Assembly: GCF_006345805.1 (NCBI RefSeq)
Contig: NC_043010.1
Coordinates: 20,336,001-20,400,000 of the forward strand
Direction: 5' to 3'
Origin: Octopus sinensis
Taxonomy: Eukaryota
Length of the DNA stretch: 64,000 nt
The position numbers and the translations under genes were made by a program. Below are positions 48,924-61,790 of this stretch, piece by piece. Position 1 is the stretch's first letter. Every line of letters begins with the position of its first letter. The notes under the pieces are model-generated. The model was not told where the DNA came from, did not search any database, and was given only the letters and a program-made list of their open reading frames with translations.

Positions 48924-49441
48924 GAATATGCTTCAACACATGAACTCATATAAAGAATCTTGCAAACCAATTCCCAAAACGAAATATATGTGTGTGTATA
49001 CATATATATATATGTAATATATGTAATATATTATATGATATATGTAATAAAATAAGTAATATATAAATATATGCATACATACATATATGTACATACCTAC
49101 ATATATATAAACATGCATATATGGGTACAGGACACATTGAGAAATGAAAAACATACAGACAAAAACATAGAAAACAAATTTTTTTTCGAACAAAAAAAAA
49201 ACAGAGAACCGAGACATAAAGAACATTCCCTTCATCAGCTGTCCCTGTTTCATTTTCCATGTTTTTGTTTCTCATTGTGTCTACTTTTTTTTGATGTCCT
49301 GTACCCATATGTGCATGTATATATACATATATATGTACGTATGTACATATATGTATGTATATATGCATATATATATATATATATATATTGTTGTATGATC
49401 GAATGCCATGCATCCTTTTCCAACTAAGTTTTATCTATCTA

Positions 49442-49490
<49 letters not shown>

Positions 49491-49970
49491 TATATATATA
49501 TATATGTAAATTTCAACTATACATATATTGTGTGTGTGTGTATGTCATCATCATCATCATCATTGTTTAACGTCCACTTTCCAAGCTAGCATGGGTTGGA
49601 CGATTTGACTGAAGTCTGACGAACCAGATGGCTGCACCAGACTCCAATCTGATCTGGCAGTGTTTCTACAGCTGGATGCCCTTCCTAACATGAAACACTC
49701 TGAGAGTGAAGTGGGTGCTTTTACGTGCCACCGGCATGAGGGCCAGTCAGGCAGTACTGGCAGCAGCCACACTCAAATGGTGCTTTTTATGTGCCACCTG
49801 CACAGGATCCAGTCCAGCGACGGCTGTATATGTGTGTGATTGTGTGTATATAATATATATGTATGTATATACATGTGTATGTATGTATGTATGTATGTAT
49901 GTATTTATGTATATATATATATATGCATGTATGTATGTATATATATCATATATATATATATATATGCATG

Positions 49971-50052
<82 letters not shown>

Positions 50053-50869
50053 GCATATATGTATTTATGTATGCATATATGTATGTATTGTATACAGTGA
50101 AGCAAGGTAAACCACACTTTTAGTGATGTATTGTGTCCTACAGTTGTAAATGTAGTACGTCTGAAAAGTCCTGAATCTAGAATGCATAGAAACACACGAC
50201 GGAAGGCACCATTATTATTAAACACTGCAATAAAGATACGCATAATGATCACAATTGTCATCATCATCATCATCATCACCACCACCACCACCACCACCCT
50301 CTTCCTCTTCCTCCTCCTCCTCCTCCTCCTCCTCCTACTTTTCATCCCCCCATCATCATCATGTTATTGATACTGGCCTGCATTGGTTGGGTTACCAGAT
50401 CAAGTTTCCTTTTTTTAAGTTAATGTTTTATTTCCAAAATCCTGCGTTGAAATCTGAAACACTGACCCCCACCAAACTTCCAGGGGCTTCCATTCCCCTC
50501 TTTCGTCTCAACTCCATGCATTCACAACTCCAAACATATTGTTGGTTCAGGGAAAGAAAATCGTTGCCCCCCACCTCCCCACATCTCTTTCTCCATCTGT
50601 CTGTGTGTCTGTTTACCTCTCTCTCTCTCTCTCTCTCTGTTTCTTTGTTTCTCTTTCTCTGTTTGTCTCTCTGTTTTCTCTTTCTGACTTTCTGTTTCTC
50701 ACTGTTTCTCTCCCTCTCTCTTTTTCTCTGTCTCTTCCTCCTCCTTTTCCGCCTCCTCCTCCTCCCCATCTCTTTCTCTCTCTCTCTGTCACCTCTTTTA
50801 TAGAAACTAACACTTGGTGAAACCACAAAAAGGAGGAGAGAGAGAGAGAGAGAAGAGAGAGAAGAGGAG

Positions 50870-50995
50870 ATAGAGATAGATAGATAGATAGTGGATAGAT
50901 AGATAGTGATATAGATAGAGAGATGATAGATGGTAGTAGATAGATAGATGGATAGTAGATAGATAGATAGATAGATAGTAGAGATAGATAGATAT

Positions 50996-51031
<36 letters not shown>

Positions 51032-51120
51032 GAGATAGATAGATAGATGGATAGAGAGATAGATAGATAGATGGATAGAGAGATAGATAGATAGATAGAT
51101 AGATAGAGAGATAGATAGAG

Positions 51121-51171
<51 letters not shown>

Positions 51172-51276
51172 GAGATAGATAGATAGAGAGATAGATAGAT
51201 AGATAGAGAGATAGATAGATAGAGAGATAGATAGATAGATAGATGGATAGAGAGATAGATAGATAGATAGCTAGAT

Positions 51277-51313
<37 letters not shown>

Positions 51314-51470
51314 TAGATAGATAGATAGAGAGATAGATAGATGGATAGATAGATAGATAGATAGAGATAGAGTAAGAGAGAGAGAGAGATAGAGAGATAG
51401 AGAGAAAGCAGGATGGACAGAGATGGATAGATAGATAGACAGATAGATAGATAGATAGAGAGAGAGAGAT
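50870..51470. repeat. ~600-bp (GATA)n/(GA)n microsatellite
   Basis: Directly visible. Confidence 0.97.
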
Positions 51471-51851
51471 GGACAAACATGCTACAGTTAATCCTCATAA
51501 ACTACCACATAAACACTAGCTCAACCCCACCACATACATAACAGGTTCTCTCTTTCTGTAACTTTCGGTAATCTTTCGACCTTTGGCATCACATCTGTCA
51601 GTTCCATCATTGAAACTTCTCCACTTAAAACGCTGATATAGAGTTACGGGCATCTCTCATGTCTTAATTGCTCTCTTAATTATGAAGTCGTTATTTATTT
51701 CTCTGCTGGAAGTTGTCGAAGTAACAACAATAATAAACGTTGGTGATTTATAAGCCTGTCAGAGAGTGGGGTGGCAGGGTGGTGATGGTGGTGGCTTGCA
51801 GAGAAATTTCGCTCCTAGGAATAACAGTTAAATTCTTCCCCCTCTCTCTCT

Positions 51852-51922
<71 letters not shown>

Positions 51923-52892
51923 TATACACACATATATATACACATATATACATATATACATATATATATATATACATATATATAAACACACACACACACA
52001 CACAGACACACACACATATATATATATATTTATACATATGTATATAACAAAGTAAAGTTGTAAGATACTGCACAAGTGAAAATATATATGAAAGAAGGTT
52101 TGAAAATGAAGTTTTAAATATGTTTATTCACTTGACTGGTTTCACTTTTTTAGAAAAAGATTGTCACAAGCAAAATGTAAAGGTTTGTATAAGCTTTGTT
52201 GTGTTAAGTACTGGTTGTCACAAAGGTATTAAAATACATATATACATTCTTTGATAATAATATGTATATATGTGCAACATGAATTCACATAAGGGATCTA
52301 GCAAACCAGTTAAAAAAAGGAAACATATATATATATTTGAGTATGGTTGTTGCCAGTCCTGCCTGATCAGCCTTTGTGCCGGTGGCACGTAAAAAGCACC
52401 CACTACACTCTCGGAGTGGTTGGCGTTAGAAAGGGCATCCAGCTGTGGAAGCATTGCCAGATCAGATTGGAGCCTGGTGCAGCCTTCTGGCATGCCAGCC
52501 CTCAGTCAAACCGTCCAGCCCATGCAAGCATGGAAAACGGATGTTAAACGACGACGATGATGATGATAGGCACAAAACCTAACATTTTGAAGGAAGGAGT
52601 AAGCTGATTGCATCAACCCCAGTATTCATCTGGTACTTATTATTTAATCAACCCCAAAAGGATGAAATCAGTACCAGTTGAGCATTGGGGTCTATGCAAT
52701 CGAGTTACCTGCTTCCCATGTGCCAAAACTGGTGCTGGCAGAATTGTTAGTAGGTCAGGAAAAGTACCAGTTATGCATTGGGGTCAATGTAATCGATTTA
52801 ATCCTTTTGTCTGTCCTTGTTTGTCCCTTCTATGTTTAAGCCCTGTGGGCAATAAAGAAATAGATATATCCATCATGATTACTCATCTGAGA

Positions 52893-53523
52893 AGAGTACA
52901 CCAGGCACATGCATCACAAGCATATGTGTGTGACATGGTGATCTCATATCAAGATAAACAGCACATGACCTTACAGGTGGGGACCTGGTTAGAATTTTCA
53001 TCAGGTCAAGTAATCTATCTTGCTCAAAAGATACCTGAATAAGGGTTGTTTAAGGATGTTGAACATTTTCAGAGGTGAATTATCCAAACCCCAAAGAATT
53101 CTTCTCAACACATGGCTATAATGCTCCCCAACTACTTCAGCTTGTGACAAGAGATGCACATATCGTCAGCCACTAAGGGACATGCTCAACTGGTTAAGGT
53201 CAAACAACTGACAAGCAAATCTGTGGTATCGAGCAGAATATTTGCTGTAGCCCATTATTATTACTATTATTATTATAAGTATTATTATTATTATTATTGA
53301 GTGAGAGAGCAATGCATGCCATCAAAGTGACACTGGGGTAAAATATAGGAAGCCCAGTATACCCATCATGACAGCCCGGCTGATAAGGGTACACCAGGCA
53401 CATGCATCACAACCATATGTAAGTGACATGGTGATCTCATATCAAGATAAACAGCATATGACCTTGCAGGTGGGGCCCAGTTAGAATTTTCTTCTGGTCG
53501 AGTAACGCATCCCACTCAAAAAG

Positions 53524-53532
<9 letters not shown>
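52893..53532 (-). mobile_element. Two overlapping fragments of one repeat family (non-LTR 3' UTR-like) associated with (AAT)n
   Basis: 52893-53040 matches 53387-53532 (gtacaccaggcacatgcatcacaa...ctgaataa). The minus-strand end runs into (AAT)n at ~53300. Confidence 0.55.
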
Positions 53533-53554
<22 letters not shown>

Positions 53555-53578
53555 GTAATAATAATAATAATAATAATA

Positions 53579-53610
<32 letters not shown>

Positions 53611-54389
53611 CATTATTATAATTTTATGTTTTGAAGCTAAGACATTAATCTCTGAAGGAAAATACAGCTTCCATAGTATTAGATGATATAGATCAACCCT
53701 TCACTTCCATGATTTTTATACTCATTTCCAGTCTCTCAAAATTTCTTTCTCATACTGAATGGATTCAGTCATTTTGGAAGGTCAGAAATTTGTCTGAGTG
53801 CATGTCTTTGTCAGTGTATGTGTGTGTGTGTGCATGCACGTGTGTGCATACGTGCATGTGTATGTGAGCATCTACTGCATTCCGAGGGTTTATTTATAAA
53901 GTGCTTGATGTTGTGGGTCATAAGTTCTCTCAGTGAAAGAACATTTCTGTTGCAAACAGAAGCAGAGGAATTTTTGTTTGTGTCTTCTTCTTAACACAAT
54001 TTTACTTTGTATTTTATTGTATTTGTTTATTTTTGTTTGTGTGGTGCCATTCAGGCTCTTGTGCACATGAAGTGATTCTTTATTTCAGACTTTTCTCATA
54101 TTAACATGTTGCTTAATGATGTAATTGCCATGAACAACTCTAGTTGCTCTGCGAAAGTAAAAGAATCTTGGGCTTTTATTATTCATTTAGTTCTTTATTT
54201 ATTTTTCCATCTATTTTGCAATAACAACAGACAGTTTGAAATATCTGAGATGTTTGCATGGAATTTTTGGAGAAAATATGTTCCCGCTTGTTTTATCATT
54301 GATGGTATTGAAAGACTTATTAAGATAAGTATAATACATAAAAAAAATGAACTAATGACCATTGCAACATCGAACATAGAATGCTCTCA

Positions 54390-54740
54390 ATAAATAAATG
54401 GAGCCATATATTGCCAACTATGCACTGCAGAGAAATACTGTATATAATCAAACCAGTACTTATAAATAGAGATATTACCCAAATATTGCGAAGGAAACAA
54501 ATTTTACTTCAAGATCACGACAGCTAGACGTAGACAAATAAGATTAATAAACAGTTTGGAATATGCCATCACAGAATATTGAACACTAGTAGAAGAATGT
54601 ATGTTCGCTTTCGACAAAATTTTCTTTGATATGCCATCTGCTTCTGCAGGTTTTGTTTATCTAGTTCCAACCTGAAAAGCTTTGTGTTAGCCTGAAGCTA
54701 TGGTGGAAGATAAGTTGCCAAACAATTGGATCAAAGTAAG
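54390..54740 (+). mobile_element. Possible highly decayed PLE endonuclease C-terminus
   Basis: KWS...CQLCTAEKYCI resembles the CxLCxxEK motif at the end of some PLE GIY-YIG domains. It is heavily degraded. Confidence 0.3.
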
Positions 54741-54983
54741 GATCTCCTTGCTGCAAAACCTCTTAATGATTCAACCATATATTTTATTCGGACACACAGA
54801 CACACTGACACAGACACATGCATGTGTGTGTATGTAAAAGGTTTATTTTATTAGTTTCTATCTACTCACAAGGAACTGGTTGGCCCACAGTATGTCACTA
54901 TGACAATGTTCATGCAGTGGTATTTGAATCCCTAATCACTTGGTTCCAAAGTGAGGTTCTTAACCACACAACCTGTGCCTATA

Positions 54984-55047
<64 letters not shown>

Positions 55048-55470
55048 CAGCCAGAGTGGCTGTGTGGTAAGAAGCTTGTTTCCCAACCACATGGTTCTGG
55101 GTTCAGTCCCACTGTGTGGCACCTTGGGCAAGTGTCTTCTACTATAGCCTTGGGCCAACCAAAGCCTTGTGAGTAGATTTGGTAGATGGAAACTGAAGGA
55201 ATCCCATCATATATATATATATGTGTGTGTGTGTATATATATTATATATATATATATGTATATATTTGTGTGTCTGTGTTTGCACCTCCTACTATCGCTT
55301 GACAACTAATGTTGGTGTGTTCACGTCCCATGACTTAGCAGTTTAGCAAAAGAGACTGATAGAATAAGTACCAGGCTTACAAAGAATAAGTCCTGGGGTC
55401 GATTTGTTCGACTAAAGGCGGTGTTCCTGCATGGCCATAGTCAGATGACTGAAACAAGCACAAGAATGAA
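55048..55470 (+). mobile_element. SINE family A, full copy
   Basis: Same head, CORE-like segment, internal microsatellite and tail. Confidence 0.85.
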
Positions 55471-56304
55471 AGAACAAAAGAATATAGTACAAAGTCCCCT
55501 CCCTCAATACTATTTGCCCTTGGCTGCGGGGACTTTGTCTTGCCTTGTAAGTTACTCAGTGACCCTGCTGGTGCTGGTGCCAGGGAAAACGCACCCAGTA
55601 CACTCTGCAAAGTGGTTGGCTTTTGGAAGGGCATCCAGTCATAGAAACCATTCCAAAACAGGCAATAGAGCTTGGCAGAGCCCTCCGGCCCTTGTCAACT
55701 TGTCCAACCCATACCAGCATGGAAAATGGACTTTAAATGATGATGACGATGATGGTAATGATTATGATGATGATGATAATGGTGATGATGACATCTATAT
55801 ATGTTAACACTTGTATTCATTCACATACACATTAGCATACATATACACATGCATATATCACTCGCACACACATATACCCACATAGGCATTCATATATACA
55901 TTGACATACACTCAGACACACTATCTCTCAAATGCACACACACACATGTCTGCAAGCTGTATTTTTGCCATTTCACCATAGATGATGCAGGTGTCTGTGG
56001 TGCTTGAGCTACGGCAGATGTCCCACACATGCAACTATGGCACCAATTAAAGTAAATACATTCTGTAATACACCCATGTTTGTCCCAGAACTTATATATT
56101 TAGTTATAATGAATCATGGATACACCTCCACCCTAATTAATTTCATAAACTGGTACAGCTGCCTAGTGAGAATTTTGCTTCCCAACTTAACGGTTCCATG
56201 TTCAATCCCACTGTGTGACACCTTGGGCAAATGCTTTCTACTAAAGCCTTGTGGGTGGATTTCATACCTGGAACCTAAAATGATGTCCCTCATAAATATA
56301 TATA

Positions 56305-56537
56305 CAGGGTTGGCTAGAAGTCACCTGGTAGTAAATCAAAACCATTTAATTCCAAGATTTATTTCTGTTTAACAGCTGAATGTATTTAATAAAAGCAAAT
56401 AAATGTGAAACATTATGAAAACTGTTCAAACTGAAGTCCTTCTTGAGCAACACATTTTCCCATTCAAGTCTATTCAGGATTACAGACAGTCTTTATGGAA
56501 TTTTGATTTACTGTCGGGTGACTTTTGGCCAACCCTG
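56305..56537. mobile_element. Tc1/mariner-type MITE (opposite orientation to 5613-5852)
   Basis: ~37-bp TIRs CAGGGTTGGCTAGAAGTCACCTGGTAGTAAATCAAAA / TTTTGATTTACTGTCGGGTGACTTTTGGCCAACCCTG, with TA TSDs. Confidence 0.85.
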
Positions 56538-56602
56538 TATATATAGGGAGAGAGAGAGAGAGATACATAAATATATATACATATACATATATATATATAT
56601 AT

Positions 56603-56683
56603 ATTAACAATTAAGGAACGGCCATAATAGGCCATTCACCCACTAGAAATATGGCCTATTATGGCCGTTCCTTAATTGTTAAT
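56603..56683. repeat. Perfect 33-bp inverted repeat with a 15-nt loop
   Basis: ATTAACAATTAAGGAACGGCCATAATAGGCCAT (56603-56635) and its exact reverse complement (56651-56683). Confidence 0.95.
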
Positions 56684-56797
56684 GTTGAACTTAAAATGGT
56701 CTATGACTATTTAATTTTTTTTCCCGCTGGGCCGCTGGTGGCAATAAAATTCTACAAAATTTTCCTTGCCACCCTATATTGATTAATTATATATATA

Positions 56798-56831
<34 letters not shown>

Positions 56832-56924
56832 ATATATACATAAATCCATATATAGATATATATGTATATATCTATATATATACCATATATACAAATACAT
56901 ATATATATATAAAAGGGTAAAGAC

Positions 56925-57122
56925 CCCCTTCGGTGATGAATGACCATGGGATTGCACCTAGAAAGTTACCCTCCTAGACACAAGTCCGGGCAAGGTTGTT
57001 TATGGAAGACCAGCAGTCGCCCATGCATACCAGCCTCCCCTCTCCATGCCACCAGTGTTATCCAAGGGAAAGACAAAGGTCGATACAGCTTGGCACCAGT
57101 GACGTCGCAACTCATTTCTACA
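56925..57122 (-). mobile_element. Short interspersed repeat (SINE body/tail) within a TA-rich minisatellite
   Basis: GC-rich island with a CTTTACCCTTT-type tail and GAAATGAGTTG as in other SINE bodies here. Confidence 0.45.
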
Positions 57123-57290
57123 GATACCATATATACATAAATACATATATATATATGTATATATATATATACCATATATACATAAATACATATATATATA
57201 TTATGTATATATATATATATATATACCATATATACATAAATACATATATATATATGTATATATATATATATACCATATATACATAAATAC

Positions 57291-57321
<31 letters not shown>

Positions 57322-57362
57322 ATATGTATATGTATATGTATATTATATATATATATATAATA

Positions 57363-57414
<52 letters not shown>

Positions 57415-57424
57415 TATATATATA

Positions 57425-59692
57425 TATGTGGAAAAACAAGTCAAAAATAGAAAATGCTAAAATAATTTTATAGTGAACATTTCAGTACCGGTTTCGGTCA
57501 TTTTGAGACCTTTTCAACTGTAACGATTAAATAATTAAATTTAGAAAAATTAGAAGAAAAGTTTTTTTAAAAGAATATTTCTATAGTAGTGTTCAGATTT
57601 AAGTGGCATTCTGCCTTTCTCTGACTCCCTTGTTTGCACTTGTGTGTTGGAGGTCGTTGTGAGTTCTTGGTAGGGTAGTAGAGGAAGAGGCTGGTGAGGA
57701 AAGGGGGGTGGGAGAATCTGGGAGTGCCCTGATGGTCGTATTTTGAATGGTCAGTGGCGGCTGGCAGTCTCAGTTCAATTCAGGAGAATATTTATATTGA
57801 CAGGCTTGTTTATAGAATTAGCGTAGGTGTTATACTAAAAAACATTAGTGACAAAGTTAAGGGGTAGGGGGTGGAGAAGTAGAAGTAGAAGAAGAAGAAG
57901 AAGAAGAAGAAGAAGAAGAAGAAGAAGAAGAAGAAGAAGGAGAAGATGACGATGATGGTGATGGTGGTGATGATTATGACGATGATGATGATGATAATGA
58001 TGATGATGAAGAAGAAGAAGAAGAAGAAGGAGGAGAAGGAGAAGATGGTGGTGATGATGGTGGTGATGATGATGACGACGATAATGATGATAATGATGAT
58101 GATGAAGAAGAAGAGGAAGAAGAAGAAGAAGAAAAAAACAGAGAAGGGAGAATATGAATGGGTGTAAGTATAGCTATGATGGGGCTGATTAGTAATGGAT
58201 TCTATGGAGTGTAATATTTGTGTGTGTATATATATTTTTCTTTTATTCTAAAGTTGAGGTATATTAATTGTTTGTCGTAGACCCGTTAAGAAGTGGCTTG
58301 TATTTTGTAATAAAGAGATTTTCTTTACTTATTCGTTGTCTCGAGGTTGTATCGTCCCTAAATTGGTAGAGGGGGAAAATTCTGAAGTTTGGTGTTTTTT
58401 TGTTGGCGCAAGTATCTATGTGTTGGCTAAAAGCTATTTTTCTGTTTTGGGGAATTTTTATCTGGGATCTGTGCAGGGCCATTCGTTTACGCAAACCATT
58501 TTTTGTTTGGCCTATGTACTGCTCTTGACACCCGGAGCAGGTTAGTGAGTATATTAGGTTCTCCGAAGCACATGTGAAGTTGCTTTTCACTGTAAACCGT
58601 TGTCCCTGTTTGAAGGAGAACTCTGATCCCTCAATTAGATAGTCGCATATCCCGCAATTGGGTCTTCCACATTTTTTTACTGTCGGCTTCTGTGTTGAAG
58701 AGTGAATTCGGCTTGTGTAAGGAGACTTTTCATGGATCTAGGCTGTCTTTTGCTTTTTATGATCGTGTGTGTTTGGAGGATTGTGTTCATTCTGTGGTCT
58801 TTTTTTAGGAGGGGTATGTTGTGGAGGATGGTGTCGAAGGCTTCGTTATTGAGAGGTGTTGTGTGGAGATGTATGGTAAGGCTTTTGGTGTGTAAGTTTT
58901 TCTTTGATTTGGGATGTCTCAGTTCCTTGATGTTAAGTTGAAGGGCACGTTGAATGCACTTGTCAATAAGTGAAGGTGGATAGTTCCTGGTGATTAGGGT
59001 ATCTTTTAGTTCTTGTAGTCGTGTGTCTCTGGTGTTTGCGTTAGAGACTATAGTGCATATCCTTTTTGCTAGATTGAAGGGGATATTCATCCTGGTGTGT
59101 CTGGGGTGGCATGAATTGAATGGAAGATATTGCTTAGAGTCTGTAGGCTTATAGTATATATGTCTGTTTCTATTATATTATTAGCTTTCTTAATGAGGAT
59201 ATCGAGGAAGGGGAGTTGTTGTTGGCTATATTCCATCGTGAATTGGATGTTTACGTCCAGTCCGTTTAAAATTTTCTGGAATTCTCTGAGTTTTTCTATA
59301 TTTTTATGCCAAAGGATGAAACAGTCATCTAGATATCTCTTCCAGTTGTTTTCTATGTAGATGGAGAAAGGGCTGCCATATCTTTCTAGAACCTTACGAT
59401 ACAGACTGATCTCTAGGTATCCTATGACTAGGTTGGCAAAGGAGGGGGCCATTCGTGTACCCATCACAGTCCCCGATTTTTGGCGGTAGAAGTTGTCATT
59501 GAAGGCGAAGAAGTTATTTTCCAGGATGAATTTAACCCCTTCTATCACAAATTCTTTTTTGATGCGGTGTGGTAGTTCGTTGGCGTGATTCTCTAGCCAG
59601 AATTGGATTGCCTCTAGTCCTAGTGTTGGGGATATTGGAGTAGAGGTTGACTACATCGAAGGATACCAGTATGGTGTTTTTGTTTATAGTAT
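57425..59692 (-). mobile_element. Penelope-like retroelement (Neptune-type), 5'-truncated: RT + Cys linker + GIY-YIG endonuclease + 3' UTR/pLTR
   Basis: Minus-strand translation gives ILVSFDVVNLYSNIP (RT motif A), YRQKSGTVMGTRMAPSFANL (motif B) and WKRYLDDCF (motif C). These are followed by CGRPNCGIC and NFTCASENLIYSLTCSGCQEQYIGQT (GIY-YIG). About three frameshifts are present, one from a TA slip at ~59160. The 3' UTR contains (TTC/ATC)n and a hammerhead-like motif. Both ends abut (TA)n arrays. Confidence 0.92.
57885..58138. repeat. (AAG)n/(GAT)n compound microsatellite inside the PLE 3' UTR
   Basis: Directly visible. Confidence 0.95.
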
Positions 59693-60099
<407 letters not shown>

Positions 60100-61390
60100 T
60101 GGGGTTGGCAACTAAGTTTCTTAAATTTATTTTAAGAGTTTTAAAATTTTTAAAAGTTTTTTTAATTTTGGAATCTATTTTCTTTGAGAATTCTATATTT
60201 GAATCATTTTGGAATCTATTTTGTTTTTTTTCTAGTTAATTTTAGTTAATTTTTGTTTATTTTCAGATCATTAAAATGGAATGTCAAGTTAAGAAAAACA
60301 AGTGTTTTCGACACCTCCTCCATTTTGTTTTTAATCAAGGTTCTAAGGCTGCAAAAGCTGCTCGCGACATTTGTGCTGTGTATGGAGAGGTTACCATAGC
60401 TGAAAGAAACGCTCGTGATTGGTATGCCAAGTTCAAAAATGGAAATTTTGACCTCAAAGACGCACCTCATTCAGGCCGTCCAGATGAGTTTGATGAAGAG
60501 CGATTAAACCAACTTTTGCACGAAAATTCTCGTCAAACGACAAGGGAACTGGCAGAGAAAATGGAATGTTCCCACACTGCTATAGAGAAGCATCTTCACT
60601 CGATGGGAAAGGTTCAGAAGTATGGTGCATGGGTTCCGCATGCTTTAAGTGACAACAACAAAAATCAACGAGCCACAATCTCCGCTGGTTTGCTTGCTCG
60701 TCACCGCTCAACTCATGGACACAAGCAGCGATTTCTTTGCCGAATCGTTACTGGCAACAAAAAATGGTGCCTGTACATCAATATGAAGCAACGTAAAGAA
60801 TGGCATACCCCGTAAACAAGCGATACTACGCATGAAACAAGATCTTCATCCGCCTAAAACGATATTGTGCATATGGTAGGACAGGGAAGGGATTATCCAT
60901 TACGAATTGCTTGAACGAAACCAAACGGTCAACGCGGAACTCTACGTTCAACAGTGGAACGATTCAACATGGATGAGAAAAGACCTAATTGGCAGCATGG
61001 AGTTCTTCTGCTGCACGACAACGCCCGCCCTCAAATCGCCAAAATGACCAAGGAAGCCATTCAAGCACATGGTTGGGAAGTGCTGCCACACCCGCCAAAC
61101 TCTCCTGATTTGGCACCAACGGATTTACACCTCTTTTGATCCCTTTCAAATGCTATGTGGTGTTCCGTTCAATACTGATGCAGAATTGAGAGCTCGGTTG
61201 GATCAATTTTTCGATTCGAAATCGGGTGATTTCTACAAATGAGGTATTGAAAATCTTGTTGAATGTTGGGAAGAAGTTGTAAACAACAAGGGTGAATACA
61301 TTAATGATTAATTAGTTGTTATTTTTTATTAAACCTTTTAAAAAATTTAAATTAAAAAAAAAAACGGTGGGAACTTAGTTGCCAACCCAA
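60100..61390 (+). mobile_element. Full-length decayed mariner (DD34D) transposon, mellifera-subfamily-like
   Basis: TIRs T(G/T)GGGTTGGCAACTAAGTT with TA on both sides, inside a (TA)n array; 1291 bp. The transposase (60276-61311) has GRP, WVPHAL, IVTGNKKW (first catalytic D mutated to N), HDNARP and PNSPDLAPTDLHLF. There are 34 residues between the second and third D. Frameshifts and stops are present. Confidence 0.95.
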
Positions 61391-61407
61391 TATATATATA
61401 TATATAT

Positions 61408-61790
61408 GAAATAATTAAGATTCAGTTGGATTAGGTATTTAAGTTGAAGCACCAAGTGAGTCTGGTATTATCCGCACAAATCAAAGTAGGTGAATAAAAT
61501 CAAAATAAGCAACAGGATATCAAGTAGTAATGCAGTATGATCGTTTCAAGTGGTTCCTTTTAATTGAACAATGCAATCAATTACATCAATTTAAATGCAT
61601 TGCTATCTTCAGATGCACAAAATATAGAATTCTTTTAACAAGTAGGATACATTAATATATTCTATATTTTTTGCAGCTGAAGATAGCACTGCATTTAAAT
61701 TGATGAAATGATTGCATTGTTCAATTAAATGGAGTTGCTTGAATTGGTTGTACTGCATTACTACTTGATATCCTGTTGCTTATTTTGATT
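61408..61790. mobile_element. Inverted pair (~130-bp arms) of a repeat terminus between (TA)n arrays; possibly PLE-derived
   Basis: 61498-61628 is the approximate reverse complement of 61661-61790. The arms carry CTGAAGA and, in the left arm, GAAACGATCATA-CTGC. Confidence 0.55.

Noticed and set aside
50428-51498. 287-aa and 132-aa ORFs (SIYL/RE repeats)
   Set aside because: They are (GATA)n and (GA)n microsatellite translations.
55489-55540. 11-bp hairpin ACAAAGTCCCC/GGGGACTTTGT
   Set aside because: It is short, lies at a junction of repeats and has no recognisable ribozyme or terminator context.
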